A stretch of 64,000 nt of DNA. It comes from Zygnema circumcarinatum SAG 698-1b. Taxonomy: Eukaryota; Plantae; Zygnematophyceae. The stretch lies in assembly GCA_037447605.1 (NCBI GenBank), contig CM074809.1, positions 3,152,689 through 3,216,688 on the forward strand, written 5' to 3'. A program made the translations under genes and the position numbers. This document shows positions 25,311-37,699 of the stretch, piece by piece. Under the pieces are notes generated by a model, which was not told the DNA's origin, made no database searches, and worked only from the letters and a program-made list of their open reading frames with translations. Position 1 is the first letter of the stretch. Each line of letters starts with the position of its first letter.

Positions 25311-26302
25311 AAATTAGGCACGGATGACCTGCAGATTCCCACTTCTTCAAGCTCCTTCCCACCTTGCTCCTCGCCCTCTCCCTCCACCTCTCCCCTCTCC
25401 CTCCCCCTCCCTCCTCTCCCCCTTCTCCCTCTCCCTCTCCCCCTCCCCTTTCTCTCCCCCTCCCTCTCACAGCAGCTGTACCGAGAAATAGATGAAGTGA
25501 GAACGCTGCTTTCTCCAGAGCTTCAGTCCCTACTGTCAAGCAGCTTCCAATGAAATTTCGTCACGTGTACTTTTCGTACACGTGGCGAAATACCATTGGA
25601 AGATGCTCGACTATAAATTCACAATTGCAGAATGCAGGTCCTGCCTTGGCCAGAAGAGCTTCAGAAGAGGGCGAGAGGGACTCGAGCGCAGCAGGCGTCC
25701 CTGTGCTGTTGGCAGCAAGCTTTCATTTTTTTTTTCAGTTGCATAAGTTTAGAAACAGGTGGACATTAAAACAAGTGCCGCGGGCATGTGAGTCTTCTGG
25801 ATTTTAATAATAGCATTTTTAACATTTTACTTTTGTTGAGTCGGGCATGACTGAAAATCAGAAGTGCATTCTCTAACTCGTTTCAGCAATGGCATAGAGT
25901 TTGTCTCGTATAAGCACTAGCTCTTGGAGTAATCCGTGAAAGAAAACGCCATGCCATTGTGGCCTGTAAGTCTTATCTTGTGGAGTTCAGGATCATCTTC
26001 AGTATAGCTAAACAATTCATAAGTTTGGAATCTGCTAAAGGAGGCAGAGTTGATGGCACAAAGTTAGCATTTGCTGCAGCATTTATGCGGATAGCTCAAA
26101 ATAAATTGGCCGAAAGGTCGTGAAGAATTAGTAGACTCAGCTTGTAAACGCATTATCTCCAATTTTTCGCGTCCATTCTAATAATTAAGTCCAATTGTTC
26201 GATTTTTTTGGTTTTGTTTGTTCTTTCTGCGCTCTTTCATTGCTCTGCTTTTGGGTAAAACAGAGCAGCATCATATCATAGCCTGTCTCCATCAAAATTG
26301 CA

Positions 26303-29300
26303 ATGTCCAAGGAGAGAAAGCGAGATCGAGACGCCAATTCTAATCACTCAGTTATTGGAGAACGGCCTTCTATTCAAAGGGCGGATGGAAAGGAATCAAA
26401 GAATGTGTCAAGTGAGGACATTGGATCGGGCAAGACGAGGAACCACAAACGGCAGAAACTGTCAGTAGAGGCCTCAGCCCCTGCCTTAGGTACGTGATCG
26501 CATTCACTCTCCACTTAAGTACACACGATACCTTTTTGACAACGACATAGCTAGAAAATAGGCACGCGTTAAGGTCACGCAGACATTAGATGTTCTCTGT
26601 TCAAGTCCAATGGCAGGATGAAACGTTCAATGAAGAGGATGCAAGGTGTCCTATGTGATGTTGAAAGCATTTAAAACTTCTCTCATTGCTGCAGAAACCC
26701 AACATGATTTTTTGCAGAGATTGCTGTAACTCAGGGAGTAAAGGGACCTACCAATGAATCGAGGAGCAATCAGCGGAATCGAAAGGAACATGAAGGAAAC
26801 AAGCAGTTGATGGAGGGCAAAAGGCGAGAGAAGCTAAAGTCCAGCAGAGTCATTAATGACTATGATTCACGAGGCAAGTAAAAGCTTCATGCTTTCGGTG
26901 ACAGACAACTTGGACAGGGTACTGTCTCCTTCTAGAGAGTTCATGCCACATGTGAATGAACATGTGGCGTGATATTGAGTCATGACCGTCTCGTTTTTTA
27001 TATCTAGAAATTTTAGTGAATTTCTTTACTAGAAAACTCGAGACTACCAACCGTCGGGCCGCTTAACCATGCTCCAAGAGCTTCAGACAATTAGGCTTTG
27101 GTGTCTTTGTATCCTTGACACTTCTCCGGAAGTTCTTGTGAGATTGCTGGCAAGCAGAGCAGACAACCTGACCAGAAAAAAGGAACAAATCACCGTACAT
27201 GCAGAGTTAATTGACAGCGCTTGTAAGTGGACGACCCATTCTAACGTTTCCAGTACTTGTTGCAGACGCCAATAAATCATCAAACGAGGACTTACACACT
27301 GCCGATGTATCAAAGAAGAAGCTTGAACAAGCATCTCTTGAAGTTTCAGAAGTAAAACCTGTCAAGGCGAAACTCGGTGGCACCCAAAGGGGTGTAGTGG
27401 GCTCTAACTGGCAGCGGCTACAACAGGTAATTGTTTCAAACATTTCTTTATTAAGAGTAGGCTCTTCTTTCCACACTGTCAGGATGCAATGAGAGTTTTT
27501 TTTCTTGAGAAGCTTGGTGCCATATTTAGGATGGACGAGGTCGTCCTTGTCACCAATTAGTGATCTTAGAAAGCGCCCTGGCCTGTGAAGGAGCAAACGG
27601 ATTCAAATATTGGAGCAATTCAAATAGATTTTGCTTTTCTCCAGTTCATTGAACTCGTAGCCCTGTTGAAAGGCAATTTGGGAAACGTTTCGGTCTTTCA
27701 CATTCATGGCGCCTATCGAGGCTTGCAGACGTTGAAAGGTTCGACAACCCAGAAATTCAAACGAACTATAGGAAGGGACGAACAGAACCCGCAGCGATTG
27801 ATGGAGGAACAGGAAGTTACTGACATGACAAGAAATGAAACGCCACCTTCCATACAAAAGGTGGTGGCGCCGAAGCCACTGAGTAACGATACTAGGTTTG
27901 TGTTCTTACTGATGATGTGGTCGCTTAGGCGTAGACTCTCGACACGTTTGTATTGAATGGTGAAGAATGTATTGTATTAGTGCGTGCTTGTTAAGCTATC
28001 TCTTATACAAGTATGAAAGACCAGGCTAACTCAGAAAAGACTGGAACATAAATAATGGCTGACCTCATCCCACTTCAATGCCACTGAGTTCGAGGGGGGA
28101 TGTCTTTGGGTTGTCCGACAGTATAACGAAAGTGGTGGCGTTGGATTGTGAGTTTGTGGGAGTCGGCCGCAACAATCGGAGTGTATTGGCACATGTTTGT
28201 CTGGTCAGTCACACTATTCCCGAAATCACTTTACTAAACTAATGCGCAATAATAGTTTTGCACATGATTATCCTGCTGGGGTCCGCTACCATTCTCAAAC
28301 ATCAAGTGGAAGCCTTATGAAAAGGAGCTTATGTTTTTCAGTGTATCCTACTTATTCGACTACTGGAACACTTCATTTGATATCTTTTGGGAGAAACGGA
28401 TAACAGGTGAATGCACACGGAAATGTGATTTATGAGAAGCATGTGCGTTCTCTAGAGAAGGTGACGGATTTCCGCACGCATGTCAGCGGTATCAGGCCAC
28501 GGGACATCCGTGCATCGTCAGGTAGCCTTGCTTAACTGTTAACTGCAGCATGAAATCACGCACATAGGCAGGGAATGTATGGCAGTCAGTACTTTGTGAC
28601 TTAATTAGTCTGGAGTAAACTTGTCTGAATGGTGTGCTCCTTCTGTTCTATTGGACCTGGGATGCGGTTGAATGAAGATTATCGCAGGAATTCTACCGAT
28701 GTAACATTCTTTCTATCTGTTTGCTAGCTTTGAATCTTGGCGGTATGCCAAGGATTTGATATTGCATTGGAGACCGGCATTTTGAAGTTCATGGACGAGT
28801 CAGAAAGTCTTTAATGTAAAAAAGGCTCTCTGTTTGTCTCTGGAGTTTAAATTTTATGATTTACTAGCAAGTTTGCACTCTATCTGTGTCCGCCATTATG
28901 ACTTTTAAAGGTTCAGATGCCTTTATAGGAATTCTCAATGCCAAGTATTTTCTTCTGTAAATCCCTGGAGCTGGCTTTTGCGAAGCAGGCCATCCAAAAG
29001 AAAATGTGACCTTGGCCTTTCACCAATGCAGGCCTTCTTGTAGACGTTAACTGAGGCAGTGGGTGGTGCTGGGTTCCACGAGACTGTGGCAGCGGAGGAT
29101 TTTTGGATCGTGCAGAAGGAGGTAGCAGACATTCTCAAAGGACGGATATTGGTCGGACACGCCTTGAAGAATGACTTAAAGGTGAGAAGGGGCATGGACG
29201 GACAGAACGACGAGGAAGAAATGGAAGGAGGGAAAGTGAATAAGGATAGGAGTTGTGAATTCTAAAAAAAGTATGCAGTTTCATAATGAAGCTGAATGTT

Positions 29301-30648
29301 CTGAAGGAGTTTGGCCTTCCCATCCCTCCGTTTCTTTTCCCTTCCCCCATCCTTGCCCTCCCTCCTACCATCTCTGCTATTCCCGAACTTCCACCCTCTT
29401 TCTCTCCGCCCTTTTCATCGTCGCCCCCTCCGCCCGTCCTTTCCATCTGTTCCGTTTCCTACTTTATTTTCCTCTCTCTCTCCATTCATGCCTTACTCGG
29501 CCATTGGTTCTCTCTCTTGCTTCCATTATAGCCGCCATTTCCGAATTTGGTGAAGCTTAATATTATATCAATGTCAAAAAAAGTGTTCCATGTTATCAGA
29601 ATGTCTAAAACTGTCCGCACACATCGATGCCTCCATAACATGGTGCAGGCCCTGATGTTGAGTCATCCAAGGAGAGACATTCGGGATACGCAAAGATACA
29701 AGCCCATGAAACGGTAACTTCTACTTCTTAAGCTCCCTTTCCCCTCCTCTTCCTTGTTTGTCCCTATTGTCAATGTTTGACCCTAAAAGCTAAAAGTGAT
29801 AGTCTACCACTTGCTCTGGCCTCAAGGATTCCCTTTTTCTTTGTCTTTTCTTTGTGATGTGATGTTGGTGTGTCGGCATGGATTAACTCAATTGATGCAC
29901 ATTAATGAGCCAGTTTGAAGTTTTCCCTAAAACTTGAAAGTTGGGAGAGAGGAGGGGGGGTTGAGTGGGGGGCCCGAGAGAGTGGGAGTGGAGGGGGGGG
30001 AGGTCCGCTCGCCCGCCTGCCCCCCCCTTCCGCCTCCCAAGTGCGGGGGGTGTTCCGTCTACAGCGTTTCCAGATGGAGCGCCCTTCGCACTTGAGAGAC
30101 ATGCGGAAGTGAGAGGGGTAGAGGGAGGGGAGAAGGGGGGGTGGGGGGAGGGGGAAGGGAGGGAGGGAGGGTTGGGAATGAGAGGGGTAAGGATGGGAAG
30201 GGAGGGAGAGGAGGGAGGTAGGGAGAGTGAGTGAGTGAGGAAGAGAGAGGTAGAGGAAGCTAAAGCTACTGGGTGGAATGATGTGGACCCAGGGGTCTTG
30301 GACGAATACCTGCTCTGCGAGTTTTGGCGGATAAGCTCTTGGGACTAACTATTCAACAAGGCCATCACTCCCCTGTAAGGCCGACACAACTCATAACGCC
30401 TTGCTCAGCAATTCAGACCATCCGTCAGAGAATAGGCTGTGCTCTCGATTCAAGCCTTTCGTTTACCTTATTCTTGTCCTGTCTTCTGCCCGATCTTCGT
30501 ATTCTTTGTCGTTGACGCCCACCTAGGGTTTGATACTATGCAGGCAGAGGACGCGAGAGCTTCCTTGTACCTTTACTTGCGCTTTCGAAAGGAGTGGGAA
30601 AGAAGTCTGCTGCCTATGTCATCCCAGGCTGAAGAAGCTGAGGGTTGA
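26303..30648 (+). CDS. REXO4: RNA exonuclease 4 (REX4/REXO4-like DEDDh 3'-5' exonuclease); about 10 exons
   Basis: SNWQRLQ motif, then VALDCEFVGVG, VNAHG, VTDFRTHVSGIRP, ILVGHALKNDLK, HPRRDIRDT, LLGLTIQQGHHSPAEDARA. All DEDDh residues are present, after a long basic low-complexity N-terminus. Confidence 0.92.
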
Positions 30649-31031
30649 GGGTAGTTTCCTATGTGCACGTCTAGGGTAAAGAAGGGGCCTGCTTTTAATA
30701 TATGTCAAAATACAAGATTTTCACCCTTTGTTTGGTCGCCGCGTAGTCTGAAATAAAAGTTCGACACATTCGCAGCTTTTGTGGATGCATCGTGTCTTCT
30801 GTTCTGTCATGTGTTGATGGTCACTCGTGACAACAAACAGTTAATAGTTACAGTTGAAGGTGAGAAAGTGAATGAACGGTTGCATGCGAGAAAAGCGAGT
30901 TTACAAATTGCACAATCGCAATGGAGGCATAGACTGTATCTTGACATCGGAAGATGGAAACTATTCCAACCAGTCACAAAAGACCATCCGACAAGGCTTT
31001 GCAGGATGCTTCAGCCTGCAGCCCTTCAGTG

Positions 31032-33228
31032 TCAGTGCAGAAGTAGGGGCACCCATTCCTTCTCTTCGTCTGTTTCTAGTGGAGTCCAGCCAAGCTCATC
31101 TCGGATGGCTTCTAGCCGACCTCGATTCTTCGGACCTACAAAAGAAGGAACACAACCTGAATAGTAAGTATCCTCAAACATAGTAACGACTAGTGAGCAG
31201 AAATAGACATATACAGACATATATAGTGGGGCGTATTGGGCACTCTGGCTATTTAAAAGTGAACAGATATCAGGCATGAACCTGAGTTACCATTCTTTTA
31301 AAGGCGTGTCAGGAGGCAACTAAGCTCTAACCCCGGCCCATAGGAGCACTCAGCTGTTGCTTTTCACACGTCTAGCCTCTGCTCGAGTGCAAGCAAGGCT
31401 TATTCTTAATTGCATCGCCCTGGACATCAGCACTCACCGTTGATGCAACCTTTCCACCAGCAGAATGGAGGGTCTGGGACTTCTTTACGGGACACCGAGC
31501 GAAAGCAAACTATGCGTCCCCTCTGCAAACCTCCCACGACATTGTCTTGTGAAATTTTGTTCGCTACTCATAAATCACCCGTCCCGCGACCTCACAAGCT
31601 TGGCAGCTTCCATCTGCTGCACTTTGCTATTGAACCTGACCTCCGAGTAAGAACGAGTGACAACACATGATGATCAATATTTGTCAGAAAAGACGCGCCC
31701 TCTCTCGGCCTCTCGCTGGCATCCAAACTGCCCACAGAAAGCTAGTGCAAGAGTGACAGTATGAACCACTCACGCTGAACAGGAATTCCAAATCATCAGT
31801 GTCAGCCGGCCCATTATACTCAAGTGCAGCGTATATATACTTTTCTCCATCTTCTGCAAGGACCTGCCCACCCTGTTTCACCGTTCACCCAAGTCCATAC
31901 CATCAATATCACCATCACGGACCAGTCCTTGGCCCAGCTTGCAATCAATTTGGAGTCTCCAAACACGCACATGAAATGCTGCAACGAGAACACGCCTTAG
32001 TGAACGTTGAACGAGTAAGGAAACGAGTGTGACAAGTGCTTTACGTGCCTTAAGCTAAAATTCAACAATTTTGTAGTTGGCCGTCGCTCAATTTTAACAG
32101 TGAAACATTGGATACTAAGTTCTAAGGAAAAAAAAAAAAAACTTTCAGGCTTACATTCTCAACCGGTTTGACTTCCTTTGTGGCAAGCCTTATCACAATA
32201 TCTTAGACGTTGTACAGGAAAATCACCATGCGGATGAGAGTGGTGCGGAGACTCGTATATGCGACCTTCTGATCTCCAAAATACTGCAAAACCTCGTTCC
32301 CTTATGATTTGATTAGACCTCCCAAACTGTGAACATGTTTAGTGAGCAATGCATGCCGGTGCGGCTGCAGCCCATCACCTAGATAGTCACGACAAACTGA
32401 GCGCGAAACTGCCTGCAATCGCAATGCATCACCCTTTGGCGCTTGATTCTGCTGCAGTGAACATGGGCAGGAAGTACATTAAAAAAAAACCGCTACTTGA
32501 TTCTGCTGCAGTGAACATGGGCAGGAAGTACATTAAAAAAAAAACCGCTTCTGTACGTGTTTTTCTGGTGCATTTTGGTGGTTACATCATGAGTTCAGTT
32601 CAACATCATCAGTTCTGGCACCAAAAAAAGCCACTTATTGACGAACTCGTACCGTCCAGGGTGCCATGAAACGGCTTGGGCTCTGAAATGCAGAGGTTGA
32701 CACGCATGGGCTACTTCCAGAGCAGCCACGAAGCTTTCCCTTCACAAGGCCAGTGGTACCTTCTGCAGAAAAATTGCCCTTAGAGTTGTCTGCGATTAGA
32801 AATAATTCGTCCGTAGAGTTGCTTGATCGTCGACCAGATAAATCATTACCTCTACCAGATAATAGCGATTCATCCGAAGTTGCATGATATACTTGAGTTT
32901 CCTCAACTGCATGCGCGTGATGAACATCTAGCGGTGCTACAAAGAGCAACAGTCCGAGAATGGGCGAAACACAACGAGCGTGCGATGCGATATCTTCTTC
33001 AACTCGAGTATCTTCTTTGTTACAAGCCTTTATGTGAGTTTGTACGACAGACTGCCGCCTTATGCTCCATGCGATTGAGGAGCTTAAAGTGGAATGAACT
33101 GGCAGCGCCAAGCACGGAGAGAGAGGACCCTTTCCTCCCGCAAGATGAGAAAGCCATGGCGGAAAGGCTGACTGCAACAGCCCCGCATTGGGGCTCAGCC
33201 AAGCGAGGCAGCAGGCGGCAGCAGGCAT
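31032..33228 (-). CDS. DUF1499 family protein, probably plastid/thylakoid-targeted; 5 exons
   Basis: Bipartite-like N-terminus (transit region, then hydrophobic LGLLLFVAP..AHA). This is followed by LRGCSGSSPCVSTSAF..PW, KYIYA, TDDLEFLF, IVCFRSVSR, PPFC..GCINGPKNRGRLEAIRDELGW, as expected for DUF1499. Confidence 0.8.
32442..32549. repeat. Near-perfect tandem duplication (~54 bp x2) in an intron
   Basis: CTTGATTCTGCTGCAGTGAACATGGGCAGGAAGTACATT(A)9-10CCGCT occurs twice in tandem. Confidence 0.9.
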
Positions 33229-34226
33229 AGCGCTGAAACCCTCTCTAAGGAGGAGAGCCCGTCGTCTTCAATGGTCGGGCATCCCCCAATGGCGGTCCGC
33301 CACGTTTGCAAATTCGATGAGGTGGCGCGTCGCCATTGGACGACGCCCACCGTCAAAATTTGCAATGGAGAAGGGTCCGCCCAGGTGCCTTTTAGAAAGG
33401 TCATATTTATGGCTCCTCTCTCTGTACTCTCTCATCATAAGAAGGGCTCTTCTTCGCTTCTTGTAGCTCTTGCAGTCTCCGCCATCATCCAAGTCTTCAA
33501 TGAATGCTGTTTCTGCCGAGCGGCAGACTGTCCAAGAGTAATGTTTCTTGACAGTATTCGATCGGCCGGCCAGTCAATATTGGTGGATGACTGAGCACAA
33601 CTGAAGAAAAGTTGAGCCTCAAGGGGCCACAGGACCCATCCATAGGCACATGCGCATGATACGGTAATCCAGCAGTGCTTAACAGAGGTTGGTTTTTCTC
33701 GTTCAAACCATACGCAAGATGCATAACGAGCACATCTCAGTGCAGTCGCCTTCCATTCGTTCTAAATGTGCGCAGTTTTCACTTTCGAACAAGTGAGCAA
33801 TTGCGCCATGTGCTTTGCTCACTCTGGTCCTATGTTGATATTGGATGTCTGGAGAAAGGTAGTAAAGAAGAAGGGGGGCCTTGGAGAGGCATGGCACTTG
33901 TAATTTGTAAGCGATGTCCAAAGCTTCCGTGACCAACCATTGTTGTTGCAATGAAACAATTTTTCAATTCTGCGGTGGATTCAGGTAGCAAAGAGCGAAG
34001 GAGCAAGGAGCAAGAAAGCTAGGGGAATTGCACCACCCGTTTGCATGTAAAGGGAATAACCTGTTTCAAATTGAAGTCGATGGACACCATTTCTATTATG
34101 TCTCAAATCCTTGTTCAATATGTCCAGATATGCAGTGTCTGTCAGAGAATGTGGTCACACTGAAGCAGCACTGGCCGATCATCTCAGATCAATGTAAGCT
34201 GAAGGAAACACCCTCGCACATTTAAG

Positions 34227-34274
34227 CGTAATGAAAAACGATTCTTGTGTTCGTAATGAAAAACGATTCTTGTG
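34227..34274. repeat. 25-bp tandem duplication
   Basis: CGTAATGAAAAACGATTCTTGTG(TT) occurs twice in tandem. Confidence 0.85.
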
Positions 34275-34780
34275 CATCAAACACAAGAACAAATGTGCCA
34301 ATTACATCAGAAGTCTTGGAATAGACTGCAAAACCTTGAAATTCATCGACTGCTCGAAATAAAAAACTCATGTCAAGCACCTCTCAAGGCTCTTGTTGCC
34401 AAAGGCAAAGGAGGAAACATTGAATCCAAAAAATGATTTCAGCAATGAAACGGATGAGCAGCAGACTAAGGAGGCTTTTATTTGAAAGAAGTACAAAAAC
34501 TATTTGAACGTACAAAATGTCTGCAGTATGTGAGCCGAATGACCTCCAAACATCGAATTATCAAAAAAGGTTCCAAAAAACTATACAAAAAAAAAAAAAT
34601 TGCGAGGAAAAACACTACGAAAACTCTATGTAGGACACAGTCCAATAGCAGCCCTGCAAGAAGTCATAGTCTCCAGTGTCCGTACTGGAATCTACCTACT
34701 GCTGCGCATCTTACTGGTCCTTTTTCCGATTTCCTTTATCTTGCCTCGTCCAACCGGGGATTCAAATGTTTCAAGACCCC

Positions 34781-35866
34781 TCACTGTCCTCTCTCCGTGC
34801 TATCCTCAACATTTGCATCATAGCCGGGGTACTTCTTCCACTTCTTGTGCTTCTTCCACCCATAGCCATCATCCCGCTCCTGACTCTCATCTGCCATTCC
34901 CTCACTGTCCACTCCCTCCGTGCTATCCTCAACATTTGCATCATAGCCGGGGTACTTCTTCCACTTCTTGTGCTTCTTGTGCTTCTTCCACCCATAGCCA
35001 TCATCCAGCTCCTGACTGCCATCTACCAACCCCTCACTGTCCTCTCTCTCCGTGCTATCCTCAACATTTGCATCATAGCCGGGGTACTTCTTCCACTTCT
35101 TGTGCTTCTTGTGCTTCTTCCACCCATAGCCATCATCCAGCTCCTGACTCCCATCTGCCAGCCCCTCACTGTCCTCTCTCTCCGTGCTATCCTCAACATT
35201 TGCATCATAGCCGGGGTACTTCTTCCACTTCTTGTGCTTCCTGTGCTTCTTCCACCCATAGCCATCCTCCAGCTCCTGACTCCCATCTGCCAGCCCCTCA
35301 CTGTCCTCTCTCTCCGTGCTATCCTCAACATTTGCATCATAGCCGGGGTACTTCTTCCACTTCTTGTACTTCTTGTGCTTCTTCCACCCATAGCCATCAT
35401 CCAGCTCCTGACTGCCATCTACCAACCCCTCACTGTCCTCTCTCTCCGTGCTATCCTCAACATTTGCATCATAGCCGGGGTACTTCTTCCACTTCTTGTG
35501 CTTCTTGTGCTTCTTCCACCCATAGCCATCCTCCAGCTCCTGACTCCCATCTGCCAGCCCCTCACTGTCCTCTCTCTCCGTGCTATCCTCAACATTTGCA
35601 TCATAGCCGGGGTACTTCTTCCACTTCTTGTGTTTCTTCCACCCATAGCCATCGCTCCAAAAGCTGTCCTGGTTACCGCCTCCTCCATCTTCTCTGGCAA
35701 AACCGGTTGCAACATCGCGTCCACTTGTTCCATCCAGGACAGCCGCATGACCGCTGCCATCATCCGCGGGAGCCATGCGTGCGGAAGCCAGCCATGTTCC
35801 CCACACTAGCGCAAACCCTAACACTGCAAGCGCTCGCAGAGCCGAGAGGCCATTGAACTTTCCCAT
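34781..35866 (-). CDS. Secreted tandem-repeat protein / putative multi-copy cationic peptide precursor (361 aa, intronless)
   Basis: ATG start and a signal peptide (LRALAVLGFALVWGTWLASA|R), then an acidic/Gly pro-region and 7 cores GYGWKK(HKK)1-2WKKYPGY separated by DANVEDSTEREDSEGLxDGSQELxD. The repeat unit is 132 bp, and TATAAAT lies about 85 bp upstream. Confidence 0.85.
   Translation of the reverse strand: MGKFNGLSALRALAVLGFALVWGTWLASARMAPADDGSGHAAVLDGTSGRDVATGFAREDGGGGNQDSFWSDGYGWKKHKKWKKYPGYDANVEDSTEREDSEGLADGSQELEDGYGWKKHKKHKKWKKYPGYDANVEDSTEREDSEGLVDGSQELDDGYGWKKHKKYKKWKKYPGYDANVEDSTEREDSEGLADGSQELEDGYGWKKHRKHKKWKKYPGYDANVEDSTEREDSEGLADGSQELDDGYGWKKHKKHKKWKKYPGYDANVEDSTEREDSEGLVDGSQELDDGYGWKKHKKHKKWKKYPGYDANVEDSTEGVDSEGMADESQERDDGYGWKKHKKWKKYPGYDANVEDSTERGQ
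34785..35652. repeat. Coding tandem repeat, 132-bp unit, about 6.6 copies
   Basis: Near-identical units; the first and last cores lack one 9-bp HKK triplet. Confidence 0.95.
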
Positions 35867-35948
35867 TAATCCGAATCCCCTCCCTTTGCAGCCAGACCTC
35901 TTCCAAGCTCACCAGCTAAATCCTGCTTTAGGCTCTTCGGCCCATGAA

Positions 35949-35955
35949 ATTTATA
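35949..35955 (-). promoter_or_regulatory. TATA box of the repeat-precursor gene
   Basis: TATAAAT on the minus strand, about 85 bp upstream of the ATG at 35866. Confidence 0.55.
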
Positions 35956-37699
35956 GCTTGCCTACCAGCTCTTCTAACACTTGGTCAAAGTTTGACCGCC
36001 ATGCAAGACACCGCCTCCGTAGCTTTCGTGTCCCCCGAACTCTGACATGCAGCCCCTTGCTTTAACCGCGTTTTCCAATGCAATCTATGGCTTGCCTCGC
36101 TCACCGTCAACACACGGTCAAAGTTGGACACCATCCACCAGACTGCCTTCGCTGCTTTCGTGTCTACGTTGACCCGCTGCATGGCTTTGCATGGCTGCGT
36201 CCCGGTCGAGTCGACCCTCACCAACGATGCCATTGACAGTCTCCTGCAATCCATGGCTGCTATGCAGCAATGCTCCGGGGACAAGCCCAGTGTTGGATAA
36301 ATGGTCAAAGTCAGACCGCAGCTTTCTTCAGTAACCGCATGGCTTCGCACTGGTCCAACCTCGGTAACTCCTTTGCAGCAATGGCGGCGACAGCCTCCCT
36401 GTCTTCCCAGCCCATCCAATCCCAGCCCATGCAACACCTTCACCTGGGCCTCTCCGTCACTCTGAGAGCAGAGGGCCTCCGTGGTCAAAGCCTCCTCCAG
36501 ACGACATCGCCGTCCTTGAAAGCTCAGCAAGCTTTGAAGAGTACTACAAAGCTTGAGCTCTTTCGCTTCCATGACTCCATCTCCCTCACAGAATGAGGTA
36601 TGAAATTTTGACGGTTTAAGTTGGGCCAGACGAGGCAGCAGACGCGCTGCCAATCTGAACCTCGCCAGATCTTCCCTTCACGCTGCTGTTGATGGGTGTC
36701 TTGAATCGATATCGTCAAACGGTATCCAAAAGCGCCCCCAATTATCGTGTAGGATAGCACAATGTGAAGGCTCCTGGTGAAAAAACGCCAATGGTCATGA
36801 ATGTATAATGTGTTATAGAATTTAATGTTCTCATGCCAATGTTCAACAAGGTGTAGATTATCGTACAGGGAAGATGTGGCATTGATCTCACGATGGCGAT
36901 GATGCCATCAGATGCACATGGACAAAATCATCAGCATGGGGAACCACGACAAACTAACTGGTTGCAAAGGACATAAGCACAAAAGAAAAATGATAGGAGC
37001 GACGATCTACGCCTACGCGCAACAACGCAGCATAGTACACAATTTCATGTTCACTCCATGTGTTGCACAAATTTACGACAAGTACCATAAAACGGCGACA
37101 ACAAACCGTTTCCACGGAGCTTGGAACGGAACTGGAAGAGTTTCTGCACAGCACGCAGCGTGTTCCACGCGTGCGATGTCGATTGGCGCACAAGATACGC
37201 AGTCAACGTGATTCCCACGAATCCCGCGATCTCCAGCAATTCACATGCCAGTCAACGGAGGCACTCCGCCAATCGGTTGCTGCCACGTGCCCTAATTTGG
37301 CGACTTTCGTCGCTTCGTTTGTCGGCTACTGTTTATCGTAACATCGTCGACATATCGGATACGACCGGCGAAATCTGCCGCCACCGGCCGTCAAAAACCT
37401 TAGCGCTTAACCAACGCGTTTGCCGGCCGGCGGCAAACTTCTCGCGGGCGCCTGCCGATACGCCGGTGATGCGGCGGGAAACAGTAGCGCCCCCAAACGA
37501 CAAATTCCCCGCCCGGCCTTTCGTTTCCGTCCTGATTAACTGTCCAGCTGTATTACGAAATGGCGACTCCTGACTGGCCAAAAGGTACACGTTTGTCGGG
37601 CAGGGAAAGAGGTGCTTTCTGGGCGGTGTTACCTGTCACTATCTCCCCGAAATCCACACCCTCAGTTTGAACCTCGTGGCGAATCCATTTTGGCAGATT

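Noticed and set aside
29940-30260. G-rich intronic tract in REXO4 (also CT/GA tracts near 19140, 25370, 47845 and 49965)
   Set aside because: Simple polypurine/polypyrimidine low-complexity DNA that is common in this window; G-quadruplex potential alone is not distinctive.
34785-35652. CRISPR-like interpretation of the repeat array
   Set aside because: The whole 132-bp unit is repeated with no unique spacers, the context is eukaryotic, and there are no cas genes.
34600-35856. Long + strand ORFs (418 aa His/Cys/Pro-rich; 377 aa Leu/Ile-rich) and other minus frames over the 132-bp repeat
   Set aside because: They are shadows of an in-frame tandem repeat and start at TTG/GTG. Only the 361-aa minus frame has an ATG, a signal peptide and an upstream TATA box.
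35985-36653. 222-aa minus ORF and 108-aa plus ORF upstream of the precursor, considered as a processing enzyme or BURP-domain partner
   Set aside because: No recognisable protease, BURP (CHX10CH) or other domain motif; this may be decayed or non-coding sequence.
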